This document shows, in pieces, positions 1 through 13,289 of a stretch of DNA of 64,000 nucleotides (the first letter of the stretch is position 1; the number at the start of each line of letters is the position of its first letter). The position numbers were made by a program, and so were the translations under genes. The notes under the pieces are model-generated. The model had not been told where the DNA came from. It did not search any database and worked only from the letters and a program-made list of their open reading frames with translations. Source of the DNA: Eledone cirrhosa (Eukaryota). Location: positions 240,064,001 to 240,128,000 of the forward strand of contig OZ024743.1 in NCBI GenBank assembly GCA_964016885.1, in the 5' to 3' direction.

Positions 1-585
1 CGCTACTACCTCCCCACGAGACACGATGGGATAGCTAGAACCATCTGGAACGCACTTCGGAAAACAAAATTAACAACAAATGAGGAAGAATATATTGAGA
101 CAGATGGCACTAAGGAATACTGGTGGAACCTGAAAATAAAAACTGCCACCAAATTAAAGCACAACCGGCCCGATATTGTAGTTTGGGACCACACATTGAA
201 AACGTGTTCTGTTGTGGAGATCAGCTGCCCACTTGATGTAAACGTTGTCAGAAAAATACAGGAGAAGGAGGACATCTACGGACCATTGATGAGGAGTTTA
301 CAAATCCAGTATCCAAGATACACCTTTAGCTTCATACCCATCATTATTGGAGCTATGGGTTATATACCAACCCGCTTGGACCAAAGTATGACTGAACTTG
401 GATTTGCGGACAAAAAGCGCAGCTCCCTAATTCATAGTCTACAAATGGCTGCGATAGCTGGCACCTTCAAAATTTGCAAAACATTCTTGCGATTCAAGGG
501 ATGACAATTTATTTTCTTTTACAACCTTGCCACCAGGAAGGTGGCCGGTCAAAAAAATATACTCGAAATTAAGAGAAAGAGAAAA
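1..585 (+). mobile_element. 3' end of R4/Dong-clade RLE non-LTR retrotransposon (copy 1; continues upstream of the window)
   Basis: Encodes RHD...NRPDIVVWD...VEISCP...KEDIY, a restriction-like endonuclease C-terminus. Near-identical to 4195-4780 (offset 4194, about ten differences). Ends in an ACAT repeat. Confidence 0.9.
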
Positions 586-734
586 CATACATATACATAC
601 ATAAAATGGCGACCGTTGTGGTCAGTGTCCGATAATCGGACGTGTGTAATTACGGCTTACATGAAGGCAACATACCATATATTGGAAAAAGTTGAGCTAC
701 ATTACGCGGTAAGATTACATACAATAATTCTACA

Positions 735-1060
735 TAAGTGTTTGAACTGTAAGTGTGTTGTAAAACACCTATTTATATGAACGATACATACACTTATGAT
801 ATATGAACGATACATATACTTTAACATATAAATGCAACGTTGTTATATTACATTTATAAAGAAATATACAAGTAACGTTTTCGATTCAGAAACAAAAATA
901 TAAGTGTTTGAACTGTGAATATGTTGTAAATAGGTTGTAGAACACCTATTTATATGAATGATACATAAACTTTAACATATAAATACAGCGTTGTTATATT
1001 ATATTACATGCATAAAGGAATATACTAAGTAACGGTTCTTTTTGTTCTCGATTCAAACGA
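735..1060 (+). repeat. Two-copy ~165-bp degenerate tandem repeat in the R4/Dong 5' UTR
   Basis: TAAGTGTTTGAACTGT...AACACCTATTTATATGAA...TTTAACATATAAAT...CGTTGTTATATT occurs at about 736 and 901. Confidence 0.75.
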
Positions 1061-1238
1061 TTCAAGAACAACGTTTAAAACACAGTTGTAGAATTAAAAA
1101 CTAACTGAAAAGAAATATTACCCAAGCTGTGAATAACTTTAAATTTGATTCTGACAGAACTTTGTCGTAACTTTTAAAGAAGATCATCGACTATTTTGAA
1201 AAATAAATACGAAATATTAGTGAATAGACGAACTCATC

Positions 1239-4200
1239 ATGGCAAAAAGTACAAGTCTCCTTCGACCAAATCGCAATTACAACCGTAGTACACAGTGGAG
1301 CTACGAGCTTAAAAAAGTATTATATGAAGCATACAAACAATCTGAACCCCAAAAGTTCGGTTTTATGCAAAGGCTAAAAACTTTATGGAACTCCAAACAC
1401 CCAGAATTAGACTTTTCTCCAAAGCATTTAAATGAACAGGCAAAACGTATCATTAGATGTAAATTGATACATCTAACGGAATTGAGTGATACTACAAATA
1501 CAGCCCTTGTAGACAACCACCCCACCTCCACTGACAGACAGAGAGAATGGCCAGCTAAATCTAACAGTGAACAGCTCACCAACAATTTTGCTGAAATCCA
1601 TCCCACTTCCACTGAAGAACAGCGAGAAAGGTCAGCTGACTCTAGTAGTAATTGTCACCACATCAACAACGAGGCTGAAATTCATGACTCTACTGAACAA
1701 ACAGAGCACCAAAAACTTGTGGGCTCCCTACAAGTGATATGGAACGATATGTTTCAAGAGATACACAGCCTTAATGTGAGTGACAGACCATACAACACTA
1801 GAGTCAGTAAAGAACCCACTAAATTGGAATTGGAAGCGGTGAACGAAATAGCTGGCAGTTATCTGAAGGCTATACGATCTAAAGGTGTAGAAACGACATT
1901 TGAAACGCTTAATGTTTTGTTATATGTTTCAGCTGTCACATTGCTATCATATAACACACATCTAAAACCACGCAATCAAGATACAAGCAGAAAGCCTGAA
2001 CCAGCGTGGATGCGAAATTTAAAATCCAAAATTTTGTCCCTGAGACGAAGTATCTCACACATCGCAGTCGTTATGAAATGCAACATAGAGAGCAACTTCA
2101 CACGACACCAGGAAGACCTAAAGAAAAAGTTAGAGAGACGATTTGGAGATACAAAATTTAAAACTTTGAACTCAAAATTACACCAGTTGAAACAACAACT
2201 CACAGCTACAACAGAAAGACTGAAATATAAGTCAACAGCACATAAACGACAAGTGCTAAATAGATTGTTTGCCAGAGATCCTAAATCAGTTTATCGCAGC
2301 TTCGGTGGCAAAAGCTCAATCTCTGTAAATGACACCCCTTCAAAAGAACAGGTTGAGAGCTACTGGAGATCTGTATGGGAAACGGATGACGGATTCAACA
2401 GACAAGCTAACTGGAACAGGACTACTGCCAACATGTCCAGACAAAACAATATGACATAGATGGGTCAATACTGGAAACAGCTCTACAGAAAATGTCGAAT
2501 AGGAGATCGCCAGGCCTAGACTTCATTACAGGATACTGGTTGAAGAATTTCACTTTCTATCGGCAAGATCTCATACAGCTGTTTACAGAAACCATTAAGG
2601 GCACACAAGAACTGCCCAGATGGTTATCAACTGCCTCTACTCTCCTCATTCCCAAAAATAGCCAAACCACCCTTGCTAAAAATTACCGCCCAATTGCCTG
2701 CCAAAACATCATGTATAAATTATATACTGGGTGCCTTAACCTGTTCTTACAGGATCACTGTGCTACCAACAACATCATAACACCTGAGCAAGCTGGTGGA
2801 AAGAGGGAGGTGTGGGGTTGCATAGATCACCTACTAACTAACAAAATGATTCAGGAAAAAACAACAAAGAATCGCAGAAACATGACTGTCGTGTGGCTGG
2901 ACTATCAAAAAGCATTTGATAGTGTACCTCATGGGTGGATTGTTAAGGCTTTACAGTTAGCTAAAGTCCCACAACCATTGGTAGCTGCTGTTGAACGCCT
3001 GACCAAGAACTGGTACACCAGTTTGATCCTTAGAGGTGAGAAGGAGCAGGTTAAGACTGATAAGATACATTACCAGAAGGGCATCTTTCAGGGTGATAGC
3101 TTATCAGTGCTACTCTTCGTTCTCTCACTGAATCCACTATCTTACCTACTCAGGAAACAAGGTGGACAAAGAAGTGGGCCCAGAAGTATCTCCCATCTTT
3201 TATTTGTTGATGACCTGAAGTTGTATGGGCCAAATATCAATGACATCAAGAAACAATTGGACCTCATTACACAATTTTCAACCGACATCAAGATGAAATT
3301 TGGTGAGTCCAAGTGTGCATATTTGGCAGTAAAACGTGGAAGAGCTGTGCCCTCCTCTAGAAATCTAGAGATGAACGGCCTGACAATACAACCTCTACAG
3401 TCAGGTGACAACTACAGATATCTTGGACAGGATGAGAATGTCAGATATGATGGACCCATAAATAAGGAGAGAACCAGAACTGAATACCTCAGAAGAGTAA
3501 AGAAAATATGGTCATCAGAACTGTCAGCATACAACAAATACATTGCCCACAATACTTATGCTGTGCCAATTCTAACGCCAACATTTGGCCTACTAAACTG
3601 GTCATTGCAAGAACTAAGTGAGATGGATGTTAGAACAATGGTGATGTGGATAGGCTATACTTCTCACGCAAGGAAGGTGGTCGGGGTCTAAAATCAATAT
3701 TAACAACATATGAGACCCGGATAGTAACACTGAAGCAACACCTTCAACAGAGGAAAAAGGTTGGCAACCATCTTGCCCAGGTTTATGACCATGAAAAAAG
3801 AAATATCATTAGAATAGCGACTGATCTGGAGGAGAGATATGGAATAAAGCCTGATATAAATCTCTCACCCAGAGAAATCGGAAGATCCTATTCAATGTTC
3901 AAACAAGATAAAAAAATTGACCAATTTACAGAAAAAGTTGTGCATGGATACTTGAGGCGTAAAACACAGACCATAGAGGGGATAAACCACTCAAAAAGCC
4001 TGGCATGGAGTTCCGACAAGTTTATGACATCACACCTTGAGGGATATCTCTATGCAATACAGGAACAAGAACTCCCTACCAAATATCTGCTGCACAAAAG
4101 AGGAGGGCCAGCAGCTGACAATAAATGTAGGCTATGTAAAACAAAGATCGAGGATGTAAGCCACATTGTTGCCAGCTGCGAAAGAATGTCATCTCGCTAC

Positions 4201-4698
4201 TACCTCCCCATGAGACACGATGGGATAGCTAGAACCATCTGGAACGCACTTCGGGAAACAAAATTAACAACAAACGAGGAAGAATATATTGAGACAGATG
4301 GCACTAAGGAATACTGGTGGAACCTGAAAATAAAAACTGCCACCAAATTAAAGCACAACCGGTCTGATATTGTAGTTTGGGACCACACATTGAAAACGTG
4401 TTCTGTTGTGGAGATCAGCTGCCCACTTGATGTAAACGTTGTCAGAAAAATACAGGAGAAGGAGGACATCTACGGACCATTGATGAGGAGTTTACAAATC
4501 CAGTATCCAAGATACACCTTTAGCTTCATACCCATCATTATTGGTGCTACGGGTTATATACCAGCCCGCTTGGACCAAAGTATGACTGAACTTGGATTTG
4601 CGGACAAAAAGCGCAGCTCCCTAATTCATAGTCTACAAATGGCTGCGATAGCTGGTACCTTCAAAATTTGCAAAACATTCTTGCGATTCAAGGGATGA
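1239..4698 (+). pseudogene. Disrupted Myb-like + reverse transcriptase + CCHC knuckle + RLE polyprotein
   Basis: N-terminal W..ELKKVLYEAY...W..KHP Myb-like segment; RT motifs SPGLD, NYRPIAC, WLDYQKAFDSVPH, GIFQGDSLS, LFVDD, YRYLG; CRLC..H...C; RHD; R(S)D..E..K. Frameshifts near 2411 and 3636. Confidence 0.88.
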
Positions 4699-5504
4699 CA
4701 ATTTCTTTTCTTTTACAACCTTGCCACCAGGAAGGTGGCCGGTCAAAAAAATATACTCGAAATTAAGAGAAAGAGAAAACATACATACATACATACATAC
4801 ATACATACGTCTGTTTGCATGCGTGTGTGTTGATATTTTCTTTTACTTTAGAAGGAAATACACAAACATTTTACCTATGAAGAATTACAATTTTCATACT
4901 ATATAATTTCTTATATATGGATATATCCTTTATACTAACTAACGAACATAAACCTAACTTTTCATTATCTGACGAGTAACTCTTCCCACCCCACCCGAAA
5001 CATTAGGACCCACCTCTCCGCACGGCATGTGTCGAAGTTATAAAATTTTGTGAACTATATGAAACTAATAATAGCCTAATGACAAAGAAATCATTAAATG
5101 TTCGTTTAGTTTTGGTTGACCGCCATTATCATGTAGCTGTCGTCTGCTTATATACTTCATTTGTTTGGATTCAATTGATAATCTTTTGTTAGTGTTTAGA
5201 AGTGAAGAGTTTTCTTGTTTATTTTTTCTTTAGTTGCCACTTATTTAATTCTAGTCTAATATAAATTGTTTTCCTTATTGTTTTGGATGAATTAATGTTG
5301 TTGTTGTCATTGTTGCCATCGTCGCTTGCATTGAAACATATTTGTAGTGAATTAAGTCATAAATACATCGTAAAAACATTTTAAAACAATAAAGACAAAT
5401 AAAATATAATTTAGTTTTATTAATGTGAGACTTGGTATTTGGTGTTCTTGCACAATTTATCAATGTCAGGTTACGAAAAAAATTCTAAAAAAGACTACAA
5501 GGTA

Positions 5505-5581
5505 AAACGGTCATCGCGGGCCACTCTGGCTGGTCTGGTGGGCCGGATTGTGACCCGCGGGCCGCCTGTTGCTAGCCCCTG
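5505..5581 (-). mobile_element. Single terminus of a hAT/Charlie-like DNA transposon
   Basis: Minus strand reads CAGGGGCTAGCAACAGGCGGCCCGCGGGTCACAATCCGGCCC, resembling Charlie-type CAGGGG..CAA..CGGCCCGCGGG termini. No partner TIR found. Confidence 0.55.
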
Positions 5582-6199
5582 AGATAAACCCACACAATAT
5601 GTAGATAGACATGGAAGTAGAGGATTGCAACAGAAAGCTGCCGGATATGCCTTTTGTGGTCTTGCCAGAGGGGTGCGGACCCAATACTGCTGCGCCCAAA
5701 GCACAGAACCCAACACCCTCCCCATTTTTCTATGACATACTGGAATATTCAATGTAATTCTAATTTGTGTAGTGAGTACTGTTTTTCTTTGTTAATATAA
5801 GTTCAATATTTGAATAAATTATTATTTTCCTTTGAAAAACAAAAATATATACTCTTACTTCTATCAACAAGAAGTATACAAAACAAAATATTTCTACGCA
5901 AACGTGTGTGTTTTGGGGAGGAACATACTGAAAAAATGCTTACGGGGTATTTTGGTGGTCCCCAAGAAATATATAATACATGGTGAGCGAGCAGAAAAGA
6001 GGTTGACCTGACTTAACTAATGGGTCCCTGTGTGTGGGTATGACACCCTAAACATTTCTCTTGTTATATATCTTATCATGTTAATTATTTTCCTTTATGA
6101 CACATCTACACTGGTTTCAGGTTTTGTTTTTCAATGTAACCGGCAATCTGTATCGTACAATGTCCTTTTCTCATACTCTCGTTTTTATATAACTTAGTT

Positions 6200-7460
6200 C
6201 GGATTCTCATGTATTGCACAGCGGCATTTGCTCAGTGGTTAATGTTAATGGCCATCTTTCGGAATTGTTTCATATCTCCCGATCAACCTGCCAACGGTGC
6301 CCTCTTTCCTCCCTTCTGTATGTATTGACTCTCGAGCCTTTATTGAAGTTGTTGCAGGGCATCCCGTTCGAACCGGGACGCAAAAAGGCCGTGTCTGGAT
6401 ATGTCGGGATGACATCACCATGATGGTGTCGAACACCTCGGAAATTGAGGTTGTCAGCACCTTCTTGGAGGAATATGAAGGGTTCATGAGACCAAAACTA
6501 AACCCGAAAAAGTTGGTGGACTTGCAGGCTCAGCTCCTGGAGAGTCAAGTCCGTGGAGTGTTCCCAGGTGTTCACTACTTTCAACCAGTCAGGCAATTCG
6601 GTCAGTGGAACTTCCATTCTCGAATTCTATAGATGATTAGTGGTGGGCAAGTGTGACGACGCACTCGGAGAGGCTCTGAGCGTCGACGAAGTCGAACTGA
6701 TCAGTCTGTTCCGAAGGACTTTTGAACCAGTGATTATCGATAACTTCCAGAAATCCCTCGCTTGGTAGTGTTACCGGGAGGGCAAAGCCGGTTCGAGATA
6801 AACTCTACAGGCACAGAAGTAATGTCAGATGGACCTGCCCGAGATGCGCGCAGAGTGACGAAAGCGTTCTGCACGCACTCGTCCAGTGTTCGGGCATTGC
6901 TGCCTTGTGGAGTTATGTCGAACAGCTGTTGTGTGTAGAACGGATGCGGTTATCGACCGAGTCCGTAGTGACTGACCACTCCACCACTTTCTTTTGGCCG
7001 GGAAGGGCAGGTAATTTTCCTCTGTCTGGTGGCGGTAACGAAAGAGGTTGTATGGTGGGCCAGGTTGAAAGGACTGATGACAGGCACTTTTCTCTTCGGC
7101 CAATCCCTCATCTACTTTTTCGAATTTCACTTGGAAAGGAAAGTGAGAGTGGAAAGAAAAATCTTCCCGCCTCCCCAGTACATTTGTTAAAAGGGGAATA
7201 AATGTATCAAGGATGGCCTGGGTGAATGGGACTACTATGACCATGCACCTGTAGGCTGGAGAATTTAGAGAGAAAGCGTGCTCTTGGAGAGTAGGTTCGT
7301 TTAGAATTGTTGGTGCTCTTGGATCACTCCTAGGTAGCACTCCCCGCTATTGGGAATTTTATAATATATTTTGCTCTTTTTTTACTCAATTTCATTTAAA
7401 CCTCCACTAACTCGGTTTTTGGTCCGCCCTTGTGGCCAACAGATATATGAAGAAATAATT
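6200..7460 (+). mobile_element. Highly decayed L1/Tx1-type retrotransposon fragment
   Basis: VNVNGHLSELFHISRSTCQRCPLSSLLYVLTLEPLL (compare RQGCPLSPLL...EPL) followed by a frameshifted xxDDITMMVS. Boundaries approximate. Confidence 0.65.
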
Positions 7461-7833
7461 ATTACTATTATTTGAATCTCTTGTTTTTCTCTCGAAATGC
7501 GGGTGCCAAACCATGGCACTGAATTTATACAAGGTAGATGCTACCTGAGGACAGCTCCCTCCATAGAGTATACATTTGTACTCTTCCTAGAATTTTTTTT
7601 TGGGGGGGGGGGGGGGCTTGTAGGGTGATTGTCCAGTCGATTTATGATTTACCCCAGTCGTCCAATCATTGTACATATGATGTGTGTGGTGATGTCCCAT
7701 ATTCTAGAGACTTCAATCTCAATGTCTTTATATTTAGACAGTTGTTCTGTGAAGTTAACTGATACGTTATGGTTTTCTGATATTGTCACTTCAGTGAACA
7801 TACTGACTTTATCATTTTTGTTTTTAAATATGA

Positions 7834-8748
7834 CTAGCAGTGGTACCCGGCGTTTCACGGGATAAGGTATTTTGGAACACGGGCCGCCAATAGACCTAAT
7901 CGTGGAAAAACTGCTGGCCTGGACAATATGTAAAGAAAATAAACTGAATACTCTGATGGGTGGATAATCTTTAAGATTTTCCTCGATGAAGCAGGAAAAA
8001 TGCAGATGTTCACCTAATGCTGGTCCTAGAGGATCAAGAAAATGAATTTTTTTTTATGTGCATAATATGCCTTGAAATTTCGGGAAAATCGGCTAGACGT
8101 AATGCCTCAAAAAACCCCTAAAAAGCTGAAAAAATGAAGTTTTTCACCTAATGCGAGCCCTAGGCCATAAAAAAGTTGGATTTTCTTTGCTCACGGTATG
8201 AAGAAGAGACTAACTAATACATAGTTACAATTTCAAGGAAATCAGTCTGACGTAACGACTCAAAAAACCCTAAAAAGCTTTAAAAACGCAGTTTTTCAAC
8301 TAATGCGGGCCCTAGGGGATGAAAAAGTTGAATTTTTTATGTGCATAACACTCCGTAAAACATAAGTAATACACATGTAAAGTTTGGAAAAAGTCGGTTG
8401 GGTACTGTTTGAGTTTTAGGTATTCAAACTCACAGACACACACACACAGACATCCTCAGGGAAGTGATGTAATGCAGACAGCAGACATACAGACAGATAT
8501 TATAAGGGCTCGACGTTATGTGTATCTATCTAAAAAGAGAAAGACTAAGAATTAGAGAGAGAGATCGCTAAATCACCTAATGCGGTCCCTAGGGCATAAA
8601 AATTTGAAATTCTTTTGCTCAGAACACTCCCTGAAACATAAGTAGTACATGTGTAAAGTTTGAAAATAGTCGGTTGGGTGGTTCTCGAGTTTTAGGGATT
8701 CAAACTCACACACACACAGACAGACATCTTCAGTTTCATATATATAGA
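7834..8748 (-). mobile_element. Non-autonomous Helitron
   Basis: Minus strand begins A|TCTATATATATGAAACTG and ends CCCGTGAAACGCCGGG (hairpin) TACCACTGCTAG|T. Internal repeats of CACCTAATGCGG..CCTAGG at about 8010, 8145, 8297 and 8573. Confidence 0.8.
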
Positions 8749-9887
8749 TATCAGGCCTGTTTCCTTTGGCATGTCCAATAGGATGGTAACACAATCATTC
8801 TTGGCTACTGTTTCAGGTTTATAGTAATACAATTTTTATTTTTATTTTGTCAATATTGTGTAGTTGGAGGAAATGTAGTCAGTGTGTTTTTGTTTTTATT
8901 CTTTCAAAGGTTCCACATATCTTACATAATTTGGCCATTCCATGTTTGATAGTTTCTAAGACTTTTCTTTGGCGGTGATGTCTCTGCTTAGAGTCCAATG
9001 CCGTTGAACCATTGGTCTGTCTCTTGTTGGTCAACATCTGCCTCATCGTGTCTTTGTGCGGATTTTCTATGCATAACATTTTATCATTTTTTTTTCTTAT
9101 TTTCCAGTGGCCATGTTGTATTGCCATTTGTTTTCTTCTACGGAAAAAATACTTTGTTGCCTCGTTTTTTTTTTCGTTTTTTTTTTTCGTTTTGTTTGTT
9201 TTTTGTTACTTCCGGTATCATAACATTACCATATAGTCCTGGACAGGTAGCTCACCTGAACCGAACCCTTTACAGAAACTATAGGGTATACTTTTGAAAA
9301 AGATTACCAATGTGTGTCCTGTCCGTTTACTGAAAGCGCTATCAAAACATGCTAGACAATATCACAAGCTAATTTCATCTCTACTACGAAGCATTCATGC
9401 AACCATTGAGTTGAAGGAGCGCCATTGAGGATCTAACTGATATTTCGTTCGCAACGTTAAAATTTTCGCCAACATGTTCTTTTGTAATATCTTATCGTAT
9501 TCAAATGTTACATTCGAATATTTCGAGGGATTCGATTATCTACGAAGCCTACATGAGGGCATGGAAACCATAAAAAGTAGTTTATATCTATGAAATACAA
9601 TTTACATGTAATGAATTGAAATCTTCACGTTTTCATATAGCTGACAACAAATATCAAGTTTAAGTAGAATATTCTAATTTTCTAAGAAGCGTACCTGTAT
9701 AAAGTAGTTATAAGTTAGTACCTTGCTAACTTAGTACAATGACCAGAACACACGGATATTGGTAGATGTTTTAAACATCAGTGAGATTAACACATAAATG
9801 TGTGAGTGTAAGTGTATCTATATATATATAAGGATATATATATATTTGTATGTGTATGCATTTATACTTGACATTATATGTATATGA

Positions 9888-10082
9888 TGGCGGTGGATTG
9901 GCGGTATCGGTAGAGGGTCGGACTCCATGCTTTGCAGCATAGAGTTACGGCCTTTTATGGACTGAGTTCAAATCCCGCCGAGGTTAACTTTGTCTTTCAT
10001 CCTTACGGGGTCGATAAAATAAAGTACCAGTAATACACTGGGATAATTGCTGACCTTGTGCCAAAAGTAGAAACAATTATAT
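9888..10082 (+). mobile_element. tRNA-head SINE
   Basis: A-box-like TGGCGGTATCGG and B-box GAGTTCAAATCC. Body GCCGAGGTTAACTTTG.CTTTC.TCCTTACGGGGTCGATAAAATAAAGTACCAG is repeated at about 39030 and 39985. Confidence 0.75.
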
Positions 10083-10096
10083 GTATATATATACAT

Positions 10097-10151
<55 letters not shown>

Positions 10152-10152
<1 letters not shown>

Positions 10153-10380
10153 CAAAGAAAGTGTGGTAAGAAACCAGGTGGACCATAACGCATCATCAGA
10201 GTACTCGATACTTAAGATAGTGGAGTGGGTAATAGGAAAAGCGCAGGACCCCGAAGGCTGAGCTCCGGCTATTTCGACAGCTAGATCCGAACGTCCGGAT
10301 CTAGTTGTCGAAACGGCCGGAGGTCAGCCGTCGGGGTCCTGACTCTTTTCCTATATTTATATATAGGAAAAGAGTCAGGA
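10152..10380. mobile_element. Small hairpin-containing interspersed element in (TA)n
   Basis: About 120-bp imperfect hairpin at 10232-10354. Related copies at 12723-12872, 20461-20540, 21505-21682 and 33644-33880. Confidence 0.7.
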
Positions 10381-10899
10381 GAGAAAGAGAGAGGGAGAGA
10401 GAGAGGGGGGAGAGAGAGTGGGGGGGGGGATACAGAGATGTGCATATATGTGTGTATGTCCATGAGTGTGTTTGTGTGGATAGCTGTATATGGTGAAAGT
10501 TGGGCATTAAAGGTAAACTCCAGTAAACGTTCCCTACCTACACATACTGCCCCACCCCGTCCACCCAATTATCATATCCGTCCCTTCCACCCCTGCTCAC
10601 ATGAAATGAACAACGACTGATGAGTACAGGGTTCGGAGAACATCGATTAAAGGGGTAGACAGTTAAATAAAGTTCGCGGTTCAGTGAATCAGCAATGTCT
10701 ACCTTAACATCGCTTACCTGCCGCTACCTTCAGGTATATTTTTTCAATACCACCACCACCACCAATTCCACCGCCAACACCACTACAATTAATACTGTCC
10801 TTACCACACTCCTCCTCCTCAACAGTTCGGGGTGGATGTTGTCAACAACCGCGTGCCAGCTGACATATTGGTCACAACAGTTCGTTTTGCTTCGAAGGA

Positions 10900-10902
<3 letters not shown>

Positions 10903-10934
<32 letters not shown>

Positions 10935-10956
10935 ATATATATGCATGTGTATATAC

Positions 10957-11011
<55 letters not shown>

Positions 11012-11041
11012 TATATATATATATACATATACATATATATT

Positions 11042-11075
<34 letters not shown>

Positions 11076-11297
11076 TATATGTGTGTGTGTGTGTACGAGA
11101 GAATACGTGGGTGAGTGGCCGGGTGTGTGTATGAATGAATAGAAATTACACACATGGACACACATTTAGATATTGTATTTTTTTATGTTTACAGAAGTAT
11201 AGTTTCATACAGAAACATATGTATATAAGAATATAAGAATATAATGTAGTTATAATATATATACATATATATGTATACATACACACACACACATATA

Positions 11298-11369
<72 letters not shown>

Positions 11370-11642
11370 TATGTATACATACATATATATACATATATAA
11401 GAATATATATATATATATATACATATATATGTATACATATATATACATACATATACATACATATATGTATACACTTGTATGTATACATATGCATATATAT
11501 GTATATATATATATATATTTAAACATATATACACACATATATATATATACATATATATATACATATTTATAGATACATATATATACAAATATACACGTAT
11601 ATATATATTTAAATACACACACATATATATATACATATGTAT

Positions 11643-11689
<47 letters not shown>

Positions 11690-12126
11690 CGCATATATAT
11701 ATATATACATACATAGACATATATGTATATATATAAATACATATATTTATAAGCATATATGTGCTCACATATAGAGATATATGCTTATACCCAAATACAT
11801 ACACACACACGATATCACCGTTTAATTCGTCACATGCTCAGCTTAAACCGTACTTTAATCATAATCTACTATAAGGTAGCTCCCAAGGAAAGGACATTGT
11901 AAAACTGTAAAGCATACATCAACAAAACTATTACCACCATTGTTTAGGTCAACCACACAGCCGAGATATAATTTACTAATATTTGACTAATACAGCAAAT
12001 GTTTACCGACAAACAATAACGTCCGCTCCTACTGTTTGCTTATGGTTTTCTATGTGTATATTACAGTACGACCATGTTTGAATGAGTGTGTTGGAAGGGG
12101 ATTTATGCGTGTGTGTGTCCGTTTGT

Positions 12127-12212
<86 letters not shown>

Positions 12213-12598
12213 ATTTGTACAGGTACGTTATAAATAGTATGTGCGTGTACGTGTCTGGATGTGTAAAAACGTGAATACTACAGTGAATGCGTAAGTATGC
12301 GAGTAATTTTGTATGTGTCCTGCGTGATTGTGCGATAGTTGAGAGCTGCCTATATGTATGTGTGAGGGGTTCTAAATTATTGGCTGTTTCCTCATGAATG
12401 GCAAAGTAACAACATGTCCACAATATATTATATATAAGATCAATCTATATCTGTATATATACAGGTAATTTAATATCTAGTGTGTAATTCATTGATATCA
12501 AATATAACACAAGTACTAATATACTAATAACAGTTATATATATAGACACGCACACAATAAGACAGTGACATACGTATACACACACACATATATATATA

Positions 12599-12680
<82 letters not shown>

Positions 12681-12687
12681 GGTGTGT

Positions 12688-12727
<40 letters not shown>

Positions 12728-12868
12728 CAGGGTTTGACCAGCATTAAACTAGTAAGTCTGTTATTCAGCAAAATACATGATACTTGGGATAGAGGGGTGT
12801 GACAATACTAAAAAAAGACAGGGCCCGACGGCTGATCTCTTGCCGTTTCGATAGCTAATTCCAGACCC

Positions 12869-12916
<48 letters not shown>

Positions 12917-13169
12917 TACACAAATATCAAAGTTATATTCAAATCATTTAATTGCTGACAATTGTTTCTTCCAAACTTTCGTTTGGATTCATCGGAGCAT
13001 TATCAATGTTTGTACATATAATTAACCTTCTATTTAACTGAACAATCATATAGATACATATATATTGATGTTGTAAACAACAGTTTAGTATTTACAGGGT
13101 GTAATTGATGCGACATATATTACTGACCTTTCCTGTTTATAGTATATACATAAGTATAAATAATATCAC

Positions 13170-13258
<89 letters not shown>

Positions 13259-13289
13259 CATATATACATACATACATATATATATATAT

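Larger units (their letters stand above)
603..4780 (+). mobile_element. Near full-length R4/Dong-clade non-LTR retrotransposon (copy 2), frameshifted
   Basis: About 635-bp 5' UTR, one disrupted ORF, short 3' UTR, then (ACAT)n at about 4779-4808. Directly follows the ACAT tail of copy 1. Confidence 0.9.
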
